Source: an uncultured Lachnospiraceae bacterium
GTDB taxonomy: Bacteria; Bacillota; Clostridia; Oscillospirales; CAG-272
NCBI GenBank assembly: GCA_964623895.1
Contig: CAZUWA010000001.1
Span: 24,829-88,828, forward strand
DNA: 64,000 bases
Direction of reading: 5' to 3'
The translations under genes were made by a program, and so were the position numbers. The notes below the pieces were generated by a model that made no database searches, was not told the origin of the DNA, and saw only the letters and a program-made list of their open reading frames with translations. Of the stretch, positions 48,986 to 57,062 are shown piece after piece (within the stretch, counting starts at the first letter, position 1; each line of letters opens with the position of its first letter).

Positions 48986-49969
48986 ATGAAAATCAGAAAT
49001 AAAAGAAAACTGTTTATTATTTTTGCCGTTCTTGCTATGGTTTTGGCTATTGCGGGAACATCGATCCTTGTGGTATTAAGAACAAATCGTATGGAGGCAG
49101 AACGCCAACAATTGGCAGAACGCATCGAGTTGGCTAAAAGCTACGAAGAGAGGATCGAGGAGGATGAGAAAAAAATAACGGCTTTGGATGTTCGGAAGAG
49201 GGAGATTGAGAAAATCGGTTGCTCGATGATGTCTTTCCTCTTTATGCAGTGTTCCGATAACTTGTATAACGAAGCGTATCAGTATATGACGCTTTGGAAA
49301 GCGACCGGCTTTTTCACGGTCGGGAAAGAGGAATACCCCGGAAAGGAAGGGTGTATAACCGTAGAGCAATATACGAAGCTGTGTGACGCAGGTTGGGTTC
49401 CAGTTGTTTCGGCGTCCGAGGAGCAACTGACAGAACAGTATCTCTCGGAAATGGACATGCTGTTTCAAGGACTGGGCGAAAAACCGAAGGCGATCGCATT
49501 CGGCAGAAGAAAAATTTTGGCAGAGGAGGCGGAGTTGGTCGTATCGAAAGGATATGAGATTGTATTCTATGATGCGCAGAGATCACCTGAATTTTCCGAA
49601 AAAGCCACGGAGATCGGACTTCAGTATATCCCCTTTTACTACTCTAGCAGAAAAACGTATGTCGGTACTGCCATCTCAGATTATATTAAGAAAGGCGGAA
49701 GCGCTGTTTTGGCAGTCGGGCATGTCACGGTGCAGGTGTCGACAGAATTAGAAGATCGTGATCAATTGTTGTCGTCGCTTAAGCAGAGTGTCTGCGATTT
49801 GGCACAAAACTACAATTACTATACCGATTCTTCATTGTTTATGGAAGAGACGATACAGAAAAACACGGTTGTTAAGGACGAACTGATTGAGATCAAGGAG
49901 CAAGAGTCTTTGCTCAGAGACGAAATCTCCGCACTCAGAAAAGAAATCAACAGTATATATCAAAAGTGA
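48986..49969 (+). CDS. Membrane-anchored coiled-coil protein with degenerate polysaccharide-deacetylase (NodB)-like core
   Basis: N-terminal TM helix with flanking coiled coils. The core segment SFLFMQCSDNLYNEAYQYMTLWKATGFFTV aligns by eye to the NodB motif-1 region (LTFDDG...ATFFV), but the DD pair is lost. Confidence 0.5.
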   Translation: MKIRNKRKLFIIFAVLAMVLAIAGTSILVVLRTNRMEAERQQLAERIELAKSYEERIEEDEKKITALDVRKREIEKIGCSMMSFLFMQCSDNLYNEAYQYMTLWKATGFFTVGKEEYPGKEGCITVEQYTKLCDAGWVPVVSASEEQLTEQYLSEMDMLFQGLGEKPKAIAFGRRKILAEEAELVVSKGYEIVFYDAQRSPEFSEKATEIGLQYIPFYYSSRKTYVGTAISDYIKKGGSAVLAVGHVTVQVSTELEDRDQLLSSLKQSVCDLAQNYNYYTDSSLFMEETIQKNTVVKDELIEIKEQESLLRDEISALRKEINSIYQK

Positions 49970-49988
49970 GAAAGGAAACACAAATATT

Positions 49989-50732
49989 ATGGATAACAAG
50001 GAAAACGCAACCACAGAAATCAGTTTGATCATGCTGCTTCAAGTACTGAAAAAGAGCGTCGTTTGGGTGCTGTTGGGAGCAGTCCTTTTTGGTTGCGCGG
50101 CAGCGCTGTTCGGCATGTTTGCAATCGAAGATCAATACAGCAGTTCTATCACCTATATGATCGGAGACGGCGCAACAACCACCAATTCCGATTTAAGCGC
50201 TATGAGTAACCATCTTGAACGTTATAAAGTGATACTCACCTCCAACAAAGTCATCAAAGAGGTCGTGATGAATTCGATCATTGATGACGGCGATATTGAT
50301 TTTGCTGTCGCTCAAATGTCCGCAGCAACGGACTTTAGCGGAACATCTGCCGGTGTGTTTGAGATCACTGTTACATACAGCGATCCTTCGGTCTCTTATG
50401 CAATGATCACCAGTTACAGGAATCTGATTGACAAGATCGTCGAAGATAATGATCTGCCATTCCCCGTGACCTTGGTCGATGCACCGAATGCACCTGCGAA
50501 AGCGCCTTCCAACAACGGAAGAACTTTGAAATACGGCGCGATCGGATTTGTTCTCGGTGCTTTGATCGTCTATGGCATTTCCTTACTGATCGCTATAAAT
50601 GATTCCAAGATCCATGATGAGCAAGAGATTAAGGATGTGCTCAATCTGCCGGTTCTCGGATCAATTCCTCGGTTTTCCGCTGTTACATCTGCAAACAACG
50701 CTGTCAAACCGGACAATAAAAATATGAGGTGA
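49989..50732 (+). CDS. Wzz/CpsC/YveK-type chain-length-determinant / BY-kinase transmembrane modulator
   Basis: ISLIMLLQVLKKSVVWVLLGAVLF N-terminal TM, an extracellular domain, and a second TM near the C-terminus (GAIGFVLGALIVYGISLLI). Confidence 0.85.
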   Translation: MDNKENATTEISLIMLLQVLKKSVVWVLLGAVLFGCAAALFGMFAIEDQYSSSITYMIGDGATTTNSDLSAMSNHLERYKVILTSNKVIKEVVMNSIIDDGDIDFAVAQMSAATDFSGTSAGVFEITVTYSDPSVSYAMITSYRNLIDKIVEDNDLPFPVTLVDAPNAPAKAPSNNGRTLKYGAIGFVLGALIVYGISLLIAINDSKIHDEQEIKDVLNLPVLGSIPRFSAVTSANNAVKPDNKNMR

Positions 50733-50740
50733 GAAGAGAG

Positions 50741-51493
50741 ATGAGCATTTTTAATAAAAACAAAAAGAAAAAACATCGCACTGCCGATTCTTATAAGGGA
50801 AAACTGCTTTGCAATGATACACCTTTTGCCGTTTCCGAGGCGTATAATACTCTTCGTACCAACTTAATGTACACCTGTGTAAATGAAAAATGTCCGGTAT
50901 TCGGCATAGTCAGTGCGCTCTCCGAATCCGGAAAAAGTCTCACTTCTGCAAATCTTGCAATCGCATTTTCGAGAATGAATAAAAAAGTGCTTTTGATTGA
51001 TGCAGATATGAGAAAGCCGGTACAACATAAGTGCTTTGATTTGCAAACCAACATTGGGCTTTCTGAAGTTCTTTCCGGTCAGACAAAATTTGAAGATGTC
51101 ATTGTGCATCCGCAAAAATATCCCGCCCTGTCTCTACTTCCTTCCGGCAAGATCCCGCCGAATCCGCAGGAATTGCTCGCTTCCGCGAAAACGGCAGAAT
51201 TCTTTAAATGGGCGAAGGAACGGTATGATGTTATCATTGTTGACCTGCCCCCTATAGGTGTTGTTTCCGATGCCACGATCCTTTCAAGTGTGATCAGCGG
51301 ATACTTGATGGTCATTTTGCAGGATGTTACGGAAGTGGCGCATGCTAAGCATAGTTACGAGACACTTGAGCGGATGAACTGCAAAGTGATCGGTTCGATT
51401 CTCAACGGTGTCGATATGAAGACAAGCAGGTATTACAAAGGTCATGGAAGCGGCTCCTATTATCGGAGTTATTACGACTATAAGGAAGAATAA
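50741..51493 (+). CDS. CpsD/CapB-family protein-tyrosine kinase (BY-kinase catalytic subunit)
   Basis: Walker A SALSESGKS, A' LLIDADMRKP, Walker B VIIVDLPP, and a C-terminal Tyr cluster YYKGHGSGSYYRSYYDY. Confidence 0.9.
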   Translation: MSIFNKNKKKKHRTADSYKGKLLCNDTPFAVSEAYNTLRTNLMYTCVNEKCPVFGIVSALSESGKSLTSANLAIAFSRMNKKVLLIDADMRKPVQHKCFDLQTNIGLSEVLSGQTKFEDVIVHPQKYPALSLLPSGKIPPNPQELLASAKTAEFFKWAKERYDVIIVDLPPIGVVSDATILSSVISGYLMVILQDVTEVAHAKHSYETLERMNCKVIGSILNGVDMKTSRYYKGHGSGSYYRSYYDYKEE

Positions 51494-52194
51494 TGATCGA
51501 AAGAGTGGATTTTCATTGTCATATTCTCCCAAAAGCAGATCATGGCAGTGATAGTGTAGAACAATCTCTTGAACAATTGGTGTTACTAAAGAATGCCGGT
51601 GTCATGCAGGCAGTGGCGACCCCTCACTTTTATCCACAGATGCTCTCGGTGGAAGATTTTTTGAGACGACGCACTGACTGCGCTGAGGCGTTGGCAAATG
51701 CGTTGCCGGAGGATGCGCCGACTGTTTATCTTGGCGCGGAGGTATTATTTTGCCCCGGAATGGAAGAGATGACGGGACTTCAGCGGCTTTGCATTGAAGG
51801 GACAAATGTTCTGCTTCTCGAAATGCCGCTTATGCCACTGAACGACAGCACTTTTGAGGCTTTTGAACGTTTTGTGTTGCGAAGAGATGATCTACGGATC
51901 GTTTTGGCGCATATTGATCGATATGACAGAGATGATGTCGCGGATCTGATGGAGCAACCTGTTTTTGCGCAGATCAATGCGCACGCACTTGAGGGCAGAC
52001 GTATGCGAAAATGGCTTTCTTCGTATATTGGTGCGGAACGTGTCGTTGCGTTTGCGACCGATCTGCATGGCGCGGACAAGAAGCGGATCAAAGGTTACCT
52101 GAAGGGGCTTTCCCGTCTTGATACAGAAGTGGAAGAGCGAATCTGTCATTTTTCAAGATCGTTACTTAAAAACGCGCGTCCGCTCACAAAATAA
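51493..52194 (+). CDS. PHP-family protein-tyrosine phosphatase (CpsB/YwqE-like)
   Basis: N-terminal DFHCHILPKADHGSDS metal-binding motif. TAATG-coupled to the kinase gene. Confidence 0.85.
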   Translation: MIERVDFHCHILPKADHGSDSVEQSLEQLVLLKNAGVMQAVATPHFYPQMLSVEDFLRRRTDCAEALANALPEDAPTVYLGAEVLFCPGMEEMTGLQRLCIEGTNVLLLEMPLMPLNDSTFEAFERFVLRRDDLRIVLAHIDRYDRDDVADLMEQPVFAQINAHALEGRRMRKWLSSYIGAERVVAFATDLHGADKKRIKGYLKGLSRLDTEVEERICHFSRSLLKNARPLTK

Positions 52195-52201
52195 TGAACA
52201 A

Positions 52202-52236
52202 AAAAGTCGGTGTACCATTCGGCGCACTGACTTTTG
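52202..52236 (+). terminator. Rho-independent terminator (first of a tandem pair)
   Basis: Stem AAAAGTCGGTG/CACTGACTTTT with one G-U pair. Confidence 0.65.
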
Positions 52237-52243
52237 TAATTGA

Positions 52244-52290
52244 GGATATCCAAAAAGTCGGTTAGACGATTTTGGATATCCTATTTTTAT
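52244..52290 (+). terminator. Rho-independent terminator (second of a tandem pair)
   Basis: Perfect 12-bp stem GGATATCCAAAA/TTTTGGATATCC followed by TATTTTTAT. Confidence 0.7.
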
Positions 52291-52441
52291 TTGAACCAAG
52301 ACATTGATTTCAGAAGTCAAAAAACTTCAAATTGGTTTTTGCCCTATTTTTATGTTTAGCTTGTTAGTTCCGTTACAAAGGGCGGTGAAGTCAAAATACA
52401 AGGCTTTTAGTTGTTTTCTTGCTGCACAGTTTGACAGGAAA

Positions 52442-52942
52442 CTACTTCTCTCTCTTTAAAATCAGTGTTGTTGGAATGCCAAGTAGTGCTCCGGTGAAGA
52501 CGCCAATCGGTATGAGAATGATCAGAGATGATGCCAACATCGGCGTGGAAAGCATCAAAACTGCAACGGCTATCTGTGCCAGATTGTGTGCCACCGCGCC
52601 TCCGATTGAAAGAACAATCGGATGAAAGCCAAACTTTTTTAAAAGAAACATGACAAGGAACGAAGCGATCCCTCCGGCGATACTATAAAAAATTGCCGTT
52701 GGATTGGGGACAAACAGAAGCGTTACCAACAAAATCCGTATTATGCTGACAGCAAATGCAATCAAAGGATGGCAGAAATAGAGAGAAAGCAGGATCGCCG
52801 CATTTGCCAGTCCCAATTTGACGCCTTGTATCGGCAGAAAGTCGAGAATGGGAAGAACTGCGTCGATGTATCCGAGGATTATGGCAAACGCCGCAAGCAT
52901 TGAAGCGGTGGCAAGCGAACGGTTTGTTCTATCATTTTTCAT
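52442..52942 (-). CDS. Gx transporter family protein (Hpre_diP_synt_I / PF07456-like membrane protein)
   Basis: 166 aa with 5 TM helices. The N-terminus ASMLAAFAIILGYIDAVLP...GVKLGLANAAILLSLY is typical of the family. Confidence 0.8.
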   Translation of the reverse strand: MKNDRTNRSLATASMLAAFAIILGYIDAVLPILDFLPIQGVKLGLANAAILLSLYFCHPLIAFAVSIIRILLVTLLFVPNPTAIFYSIAGGIASFLVMFLLKKFGFHPIVLSIGGAVAHNLAQIAVAVLMLSTPMLASSLIILIPIGVFTGALLGIPTTLILKREK

Positions 52943-52953
52943 AGCGATACCTT

Positions 52954-54462
52954 TTATTCAATGGTAACGGTCAGGCGGTGCGGAAGACATACTAAGACCG
53001 CAGGCAAACTCATGCTGTTAATCGGCTTTGATTTTGCACACCATTCATTTGGACAGTCTGCGGCATAGATATATACTTGCCCGTCACAAATCGCAATGAT
53101 ATTGTAGTCTTTTTCTTTCCCAACACGATAGATCTGATCTTCTGCGAGGGAAAGGCGGCAAATTTCCTCACCATTCTGTCTAATGACCGCTTCCGGTGCT
53201 TCGTGCGTCTCTAAGATGCCGGAAAAGGCGATCACAAGAAAGCAGATGATCAAGATTGCTCCGCTTCCGACAAAGAAGACGATATCTTTTTTTCCAAAGT
53301 GCATTTTGGGGGCAGAAGGGACGTTTGGCTGATCTTGCGTATTTTTCTGCTTTTTGGGGATGTTACGATAAAGATATAGCGCAATCACGACCGCAAGAAG
53401 GAGAAGTAAAAAGAGGAAAACTGCGCGATCATTGCCGCTTTCATTCGCAGTAGCAAATCCGTCCGTCATTGAATACTCTCCGTTTTCTTTGACAAAGAGT
53501 GCTTCGCCTCCCGTGATCTTCAGAATTTCCTTTCCTTCTTCTTCACCGAGCACAAATAGTGCGGTCGAAAGAGCATCTGCAAGTGCGGCGCTATTTTGCA
53601 GTACCGTCACCGATGCGAGACTGTTTTCTACGGGTTTGAGCGTTTCGGGGGAGATGATGTGATGATAATTCTTTCCTTCATACCAAAAGCTACGTTGATC
53701 GCTTCCGCTTGTCACAAGTGCACCGTCTGAAATATAAGCAGACGGGAGCGAAAGAGAAGAATCGGTCGGATCGGCAACGCCTACAAGAAAGGGAAGCCCT
53801 GTTTGTGGATCGTTGCCCTTGGCGTAGATGTTGCCGCCAAGATCTAAAAGATAGTTTTCACAGCCATTTTCCGCTAACAGGATGGCGATACGGTCTGCGG
53901 CATAACCCTTTGCAAAAGCGCCGAGGTCGATTGATGCGGCAGAATCATTTAGATATATCGTTTTTGAAAGGCGGTTGAGTTTAAGTGCTGAAGGATCAAT
54001 ATGCTGTCCCGCTTCCATTAAAAGTTCTGTCTGCGGCAAAACACCTTCTTCGGTAGCTTTTTTCCAAAGTTTTGTGACTGCGCCCATGGTCGGTGAAAAT
54101 GCACCGTTTGTCAGTTCCGAGATCTCAAGTGCAAGAGAAAGAATTGTGAAAAGTTCTTCATCCGCACGCACCGGCGAAATGCCGGCGGCAGCATTGATCG
54201 CATAAATGCCTTGGTCGCTTTTCTCTTCATATCCGTCAAAAAGAGCATCAAGTCGTGTGAGTTCTTCTTTCACCAAAAGCGAAACTGCCGAGAACTCTCC
54301 GACAGTTTCAAAAGCACCGTAAAAGGTACATACGGTATCAAAAAGGTCAATGTAACTTTCGTTATAGAGCGTCATGTTCTTTTTTTGACAGCCGGAAAGG
54401 CAAGGGAGAAGAAAGGAAATTGCCAACAAAAATGAACCGGCATGTAAAAGAAATCGCTTCAT
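52954..54462 (-). CDS. apbE: FAD:protein FMN transferase (ApbE) lipoprotein fused via two TM helices to a C-terminal NusG_II (DUF1312) domain
   Basis: Lipobox LSGC. ApbE motifs GAFAKGYAADRI, LDLGGNIYAKG and VTSGSDQRSF. Two TM helices follow, then a tail of about 80 aa (IRQNGEEICRLSL...VCLPHRLTVTIE) like standalone NusG_II proteins. Confidence 0.85.
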   Translation of the reverse strand: MKRFLLHAGSFLLAISFLLPCLSGCQKKNMTLYNESYIDLFDTVCTFYGAFETVGEFSAVSLLVKEELTRLDALFDGYEEKSDQGIYAINAAAGISPVRADEELFTILSLALEISELTNGAFSPTMGAVTKLWKKATEEGVLPQTELLMEAGQHIDPSALKLNRLSKTIYLNDSAASIDLGAFAKGYAADRIAILLAENGCENYLLDLGGNIYAKGNDPQTGLPFLVGVADPTDSSLSLPSAYISDGALVTSGSDQRSFWYEGKNYHHIISPETLKPVENSLASVTVLQNSAALADALSTALFVLGEEEGKEILKITGGEALFVKENGEYSMTDGFATANESGNDRAVFLFLLLLLAVVIALYLYRNIPKKQKNTQDQPNVPSAPKMHFGKKDIVFFVGSGAILIICFLVIAFSGILETHEAPEAVIRQNGEEICRLSLAEDQIYRVGKEKDYNIIAICDGQVYIYAADCPNEWCAKSKPINSMSLPAVLVCLPHRLTVTIE

Positions 54463-55247
54463 TTCTTACCTCTCGGACAACAGTCGTTTACGCAGTTTCT
54501 GCACTGCAAATTGCGATTTGTTTCTTCAAGAAAGTATTCGGGGTGTCTGTAAAATGCGATCTCATGACGCGCAAATCCGATAAATGCGACAAGAATGATC
54601 GGTGCGGAGAAGGCCGTTGCAGGAGATAAAAAAAGGGGTGTCACGATCATGATGCTGTCCCAACAATAAATGCGACAGGTCGTGCAACAACGGTTTTTAT
54701 TGACGAGATTACGAAACAGACACCAATGACGAATGAAAAAAATATCCGTAACATAGAAAAATATCGTGATGACGAGCAGTTCCGGCGTTCCGACATTTGC
54801 AAGCCAATGACCGATTGAGTCCGGTAGGAAATCCCATTTTTCGGGATGGATGCAAGTCGTACGGATAAGGATATAGGGAATAATATAGGTCGACATACAT
54901 ACCACATATGCAATAAATGCCCGCAGTGCCTGAAAACGCATAAAGCGGATTCGCTTTTTCTGCGGTTCCCGTCCGGTAGGAAGATAGCTAACGGCATGAC
55001 TTTTTTTCATTCCAATGCAGTCGAAACTCTTGGGAAAAAGGCGAAGAATGAAGTCTGCCATGAAAAAAAGCCAAGTAACCACCAAGATAGGGGATTTCAA
55101 GAAGGCGAAGCGATCATGTTCATCAAAAAAATCAAGCGCTTCCCGCTTTAAACAATAAACCCCAAAGACTGCAAGTGCCAAAACGCTGCGGAGGACCAAA
55201 CGTACCAACGTAACTTTGTTGTGTGAATAATGCTTTGCTAACTTCAT
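54459..55247 (-). CDS. Polytopic membrane protein with Cys-rich motifs, unknown function
   Basis: 262 aa with several TM helices and the Cys clusters NRCCTTCRIYCWD and LQCRNCVNDCCPRG. ATGA-coupled on both sides (plsC upstream, apbE downstream). Confidence 0.55.
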   Translation of the reverse strand: MKLAKHYSHNKVTLVRLVLRSVLALAVFGVYCLKREALDFFDEHDRFAFLKSPILVVTWLFFMADFILRLFPKSFDCIGMKKSHAVSYLPTGREPQKKRIRFMRFQALRAFIAYVVCMSTYIIPYILIRTTCIHPEKWDFLPDSIGHWLANVGTPELLVITIFFYVTDIFFIRHWCLFRNLVNKNRCCTTCRIYCWDSIMIVTPLFLSPATAFSAPIILVAFIGFARHEIAFYRHPEYFLEETNRNLQCRNCVNDCCPRGKK

Positions 55248-56047
55248 TGAGTTTTTTCAACCATTTCCTTTGCAATTCTTGATAACGTACGGCTACGCAC
55301 GGAAGCAACCGTTTCTTGATCGATGATACCTGCAAGCCTTAAATTCACAGTTGTGGTGCGTTTGAAAAAGTTTTTGTGAATTTGTGTTGTGCCATCGATC
55401 GTGAGGACAACAATGGGTACTTTTGCCTTCTTTGCAATCAAAAAGACACCATCTTTGAAGGGAAGCAATTCTCCCGTCTTACTTCTTGTGCCCTCCGGGT
55501 AAACGCCTACGCTCATACCGTTATTCAGCCGGTCAACGGCGCTGTAAACCGCGTTCAAAGCTTCCTTTGAATCGAGACGGTCGATCTTAATGTATCCTGC
55601 TTTGTTGATGAACGGACCTGCGATCGGAATCTTAAAATTCCCTTCTTTTGAAATGAAGCAGAGAGGTCTCTCTTTTAAATGAACCGCCAACACCATCGGA
55701 TCAAAGTTTGAGAGATGGTTACACACAAAGAGACACGGTCCTTTTGGCAGAGCGCCAACATCAAATCCCTTTGTTCTGACACCTGCAAAACGATTGATGA
55801 TATCAATGGTAGCCACAGTCAAATAGATATAGATTTTATGCGGCTTTTTTGGAGAAGGGGCGTGTTTGATGCACAGACTCCAGAGAAAAGCGAGGATAAA
55901 ATGGAGAGAAAATATCGTGAAAGCAGAGGCGAGGTAGAGGGGAATCAACCACACGAGTGAGAAAATACCTCCAAAACCGATGACACACAGGTAGAGTAAG
56001 ATAGCGAGAACACTAGCCAATATCCGGTAGAAATAAAACAAAAACAT
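55244..56047 (-). CDS. plsC: 1-acyl-sn-glycerol-3-phosphate acyltransferase family protein
   Basis: N-terminal TM helices, the HX4D motif CNHLSNFDP, and VYPEGTRS. Confidence 0.85.
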   Translation of the reverse strand: MFLFYFYRILASVLAILLYLCVIGFGGIFSLVWLIPLYLASAFTIFSLHFILAFLWSLCIKHAPSPKKPHKIYIYLTVATIDIINRFAGVRTKGFDVGALPKGPCLFVCNHLSNFDPMVLAVHLKERPLCFISKEGNFKIPIAGPFINKAGYIKIDRLDSKEALNAVYSAVDRLNNGMSVGVYPEGTRSKTGELLPFKDGVFLIAKKAKVPIVVLTIDGTTQIHKNFFKRTTTVNLRLAGIIDQETVASVRSRTLSRIAKEMVEKTQ

Positions 56048-56050
56048 AGA

Positions 56051-56965
56051 TCACTTTGCGAGTTTTGCAGGAACGGCGAATCGAACGGCTGCCGGTGCGA
56101 TCTCAATGTCAAATTCTTCACTGCCGATGATCTCGCCATCAAGAGATAATTGAAATTTAGGAGTTGCTTTAACATGTACCTTCTTTACTTGGCGGTAGAC
56201 AAGGATTTTTTCGAATTTCTCCATATCAAGGTGCAAGCCCTTTGTGTAAGGACCGAGTAAAGAGACGAATTTGAAGTGTGACATGACCTTGATAACGCAG
56301 ACTTCCAAGAGTCCGTCGTCGTTGCGTCCCTTCGGCGCGCACTTATATTGACCGCCCACATATCTGCCGTTTGCAACAGAGCAGAGAAGTAGTTTTTTGG
56401 GGCAGATAACCTCTTTATCATCAACAGTGATCGTGCATTTGGTTGCCATTTGTGTAAAGAGTGCGACCACAACGCCAATGGTGTAAGCCTTTGAACCGAA
56501 CTTGCTCTTAAGAGCATTTCCGACTTTTGCGACCTTGGTATCAAAGCCGAAGTTTGTAACATTGATGGAATAGCGGTTGCCCACCTTCATCAGATCGATC
56601 GATGTTTCTTTGCCGGCAATGAGAGAGGGTAAATCAAGAAAATCTTCCTTAGTCCCGTAATATTTTATGTAATCGTTACCGCTTCCGCAGGCATAAACTG
56701 TCATGGAGGCATTTTTGTTTTCATTGTAAGCAAGACCATTTGCGACTTCGCATACCGTTCCGTCACCGCCGCAGGCATAAAAGCGGACTTCTTCATTAGG
56801 ATGGTTTTCAAGATATTTTTTTACAAAAACAGTGGCATCTCCGATGGCAGTCGTCAGATAGACCTGATAATCGATCGGGGGGGCAAGCGCCTGCAGTTTT
56901 GCTTCCAATTCTTTTTGCAAGACACCATCTCCTGCCTTCGGATTGACAATAAAGAGATGTTTCAT
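56051..56965 (-). CDS. Diacylglycerol-kinase-family lipid kinase (YegS/BmrU-like)
   Basis: NPKAG start and the ACGGDGTVCEVANGL motif. Confidence 0.85.
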   Translation of the reverse strand: MKHLFIVNPKAGDGVLQKELEAKLQALAPPIDYQVYLTTAIGDATVFVKKYLENHPNEEVRFYACGGDGTVCEVANGLAYNENKNASMTVYACGSGNDYIKYYGTKEDFLDLPSLIAGKETSIDLMKVGNRYSINVTNFGFDTKVAKVGNALKSKFGSKAYTIGVVVALFTQMATKCTITVDDKEVICPKKLLLCSVANGRYVGGQYKCAPKGRNDDGLLEVCVIKVMSHFKFVSLLGPYTKGLHLDMEKFEKILVYRQVKKVHVKATPKFQLSLDGEIIGSEEFDIEIAPAAVRFAVPAKLAK

Positions 56966-57062
56966 AATCTTTGGACCTTTCGTAAATATTTTGCCTTACA
57001 GATTCTACATTACAGTATAAAACAAGAATATGAACCGAATATGAATAATTGTGTTTTTTGCG

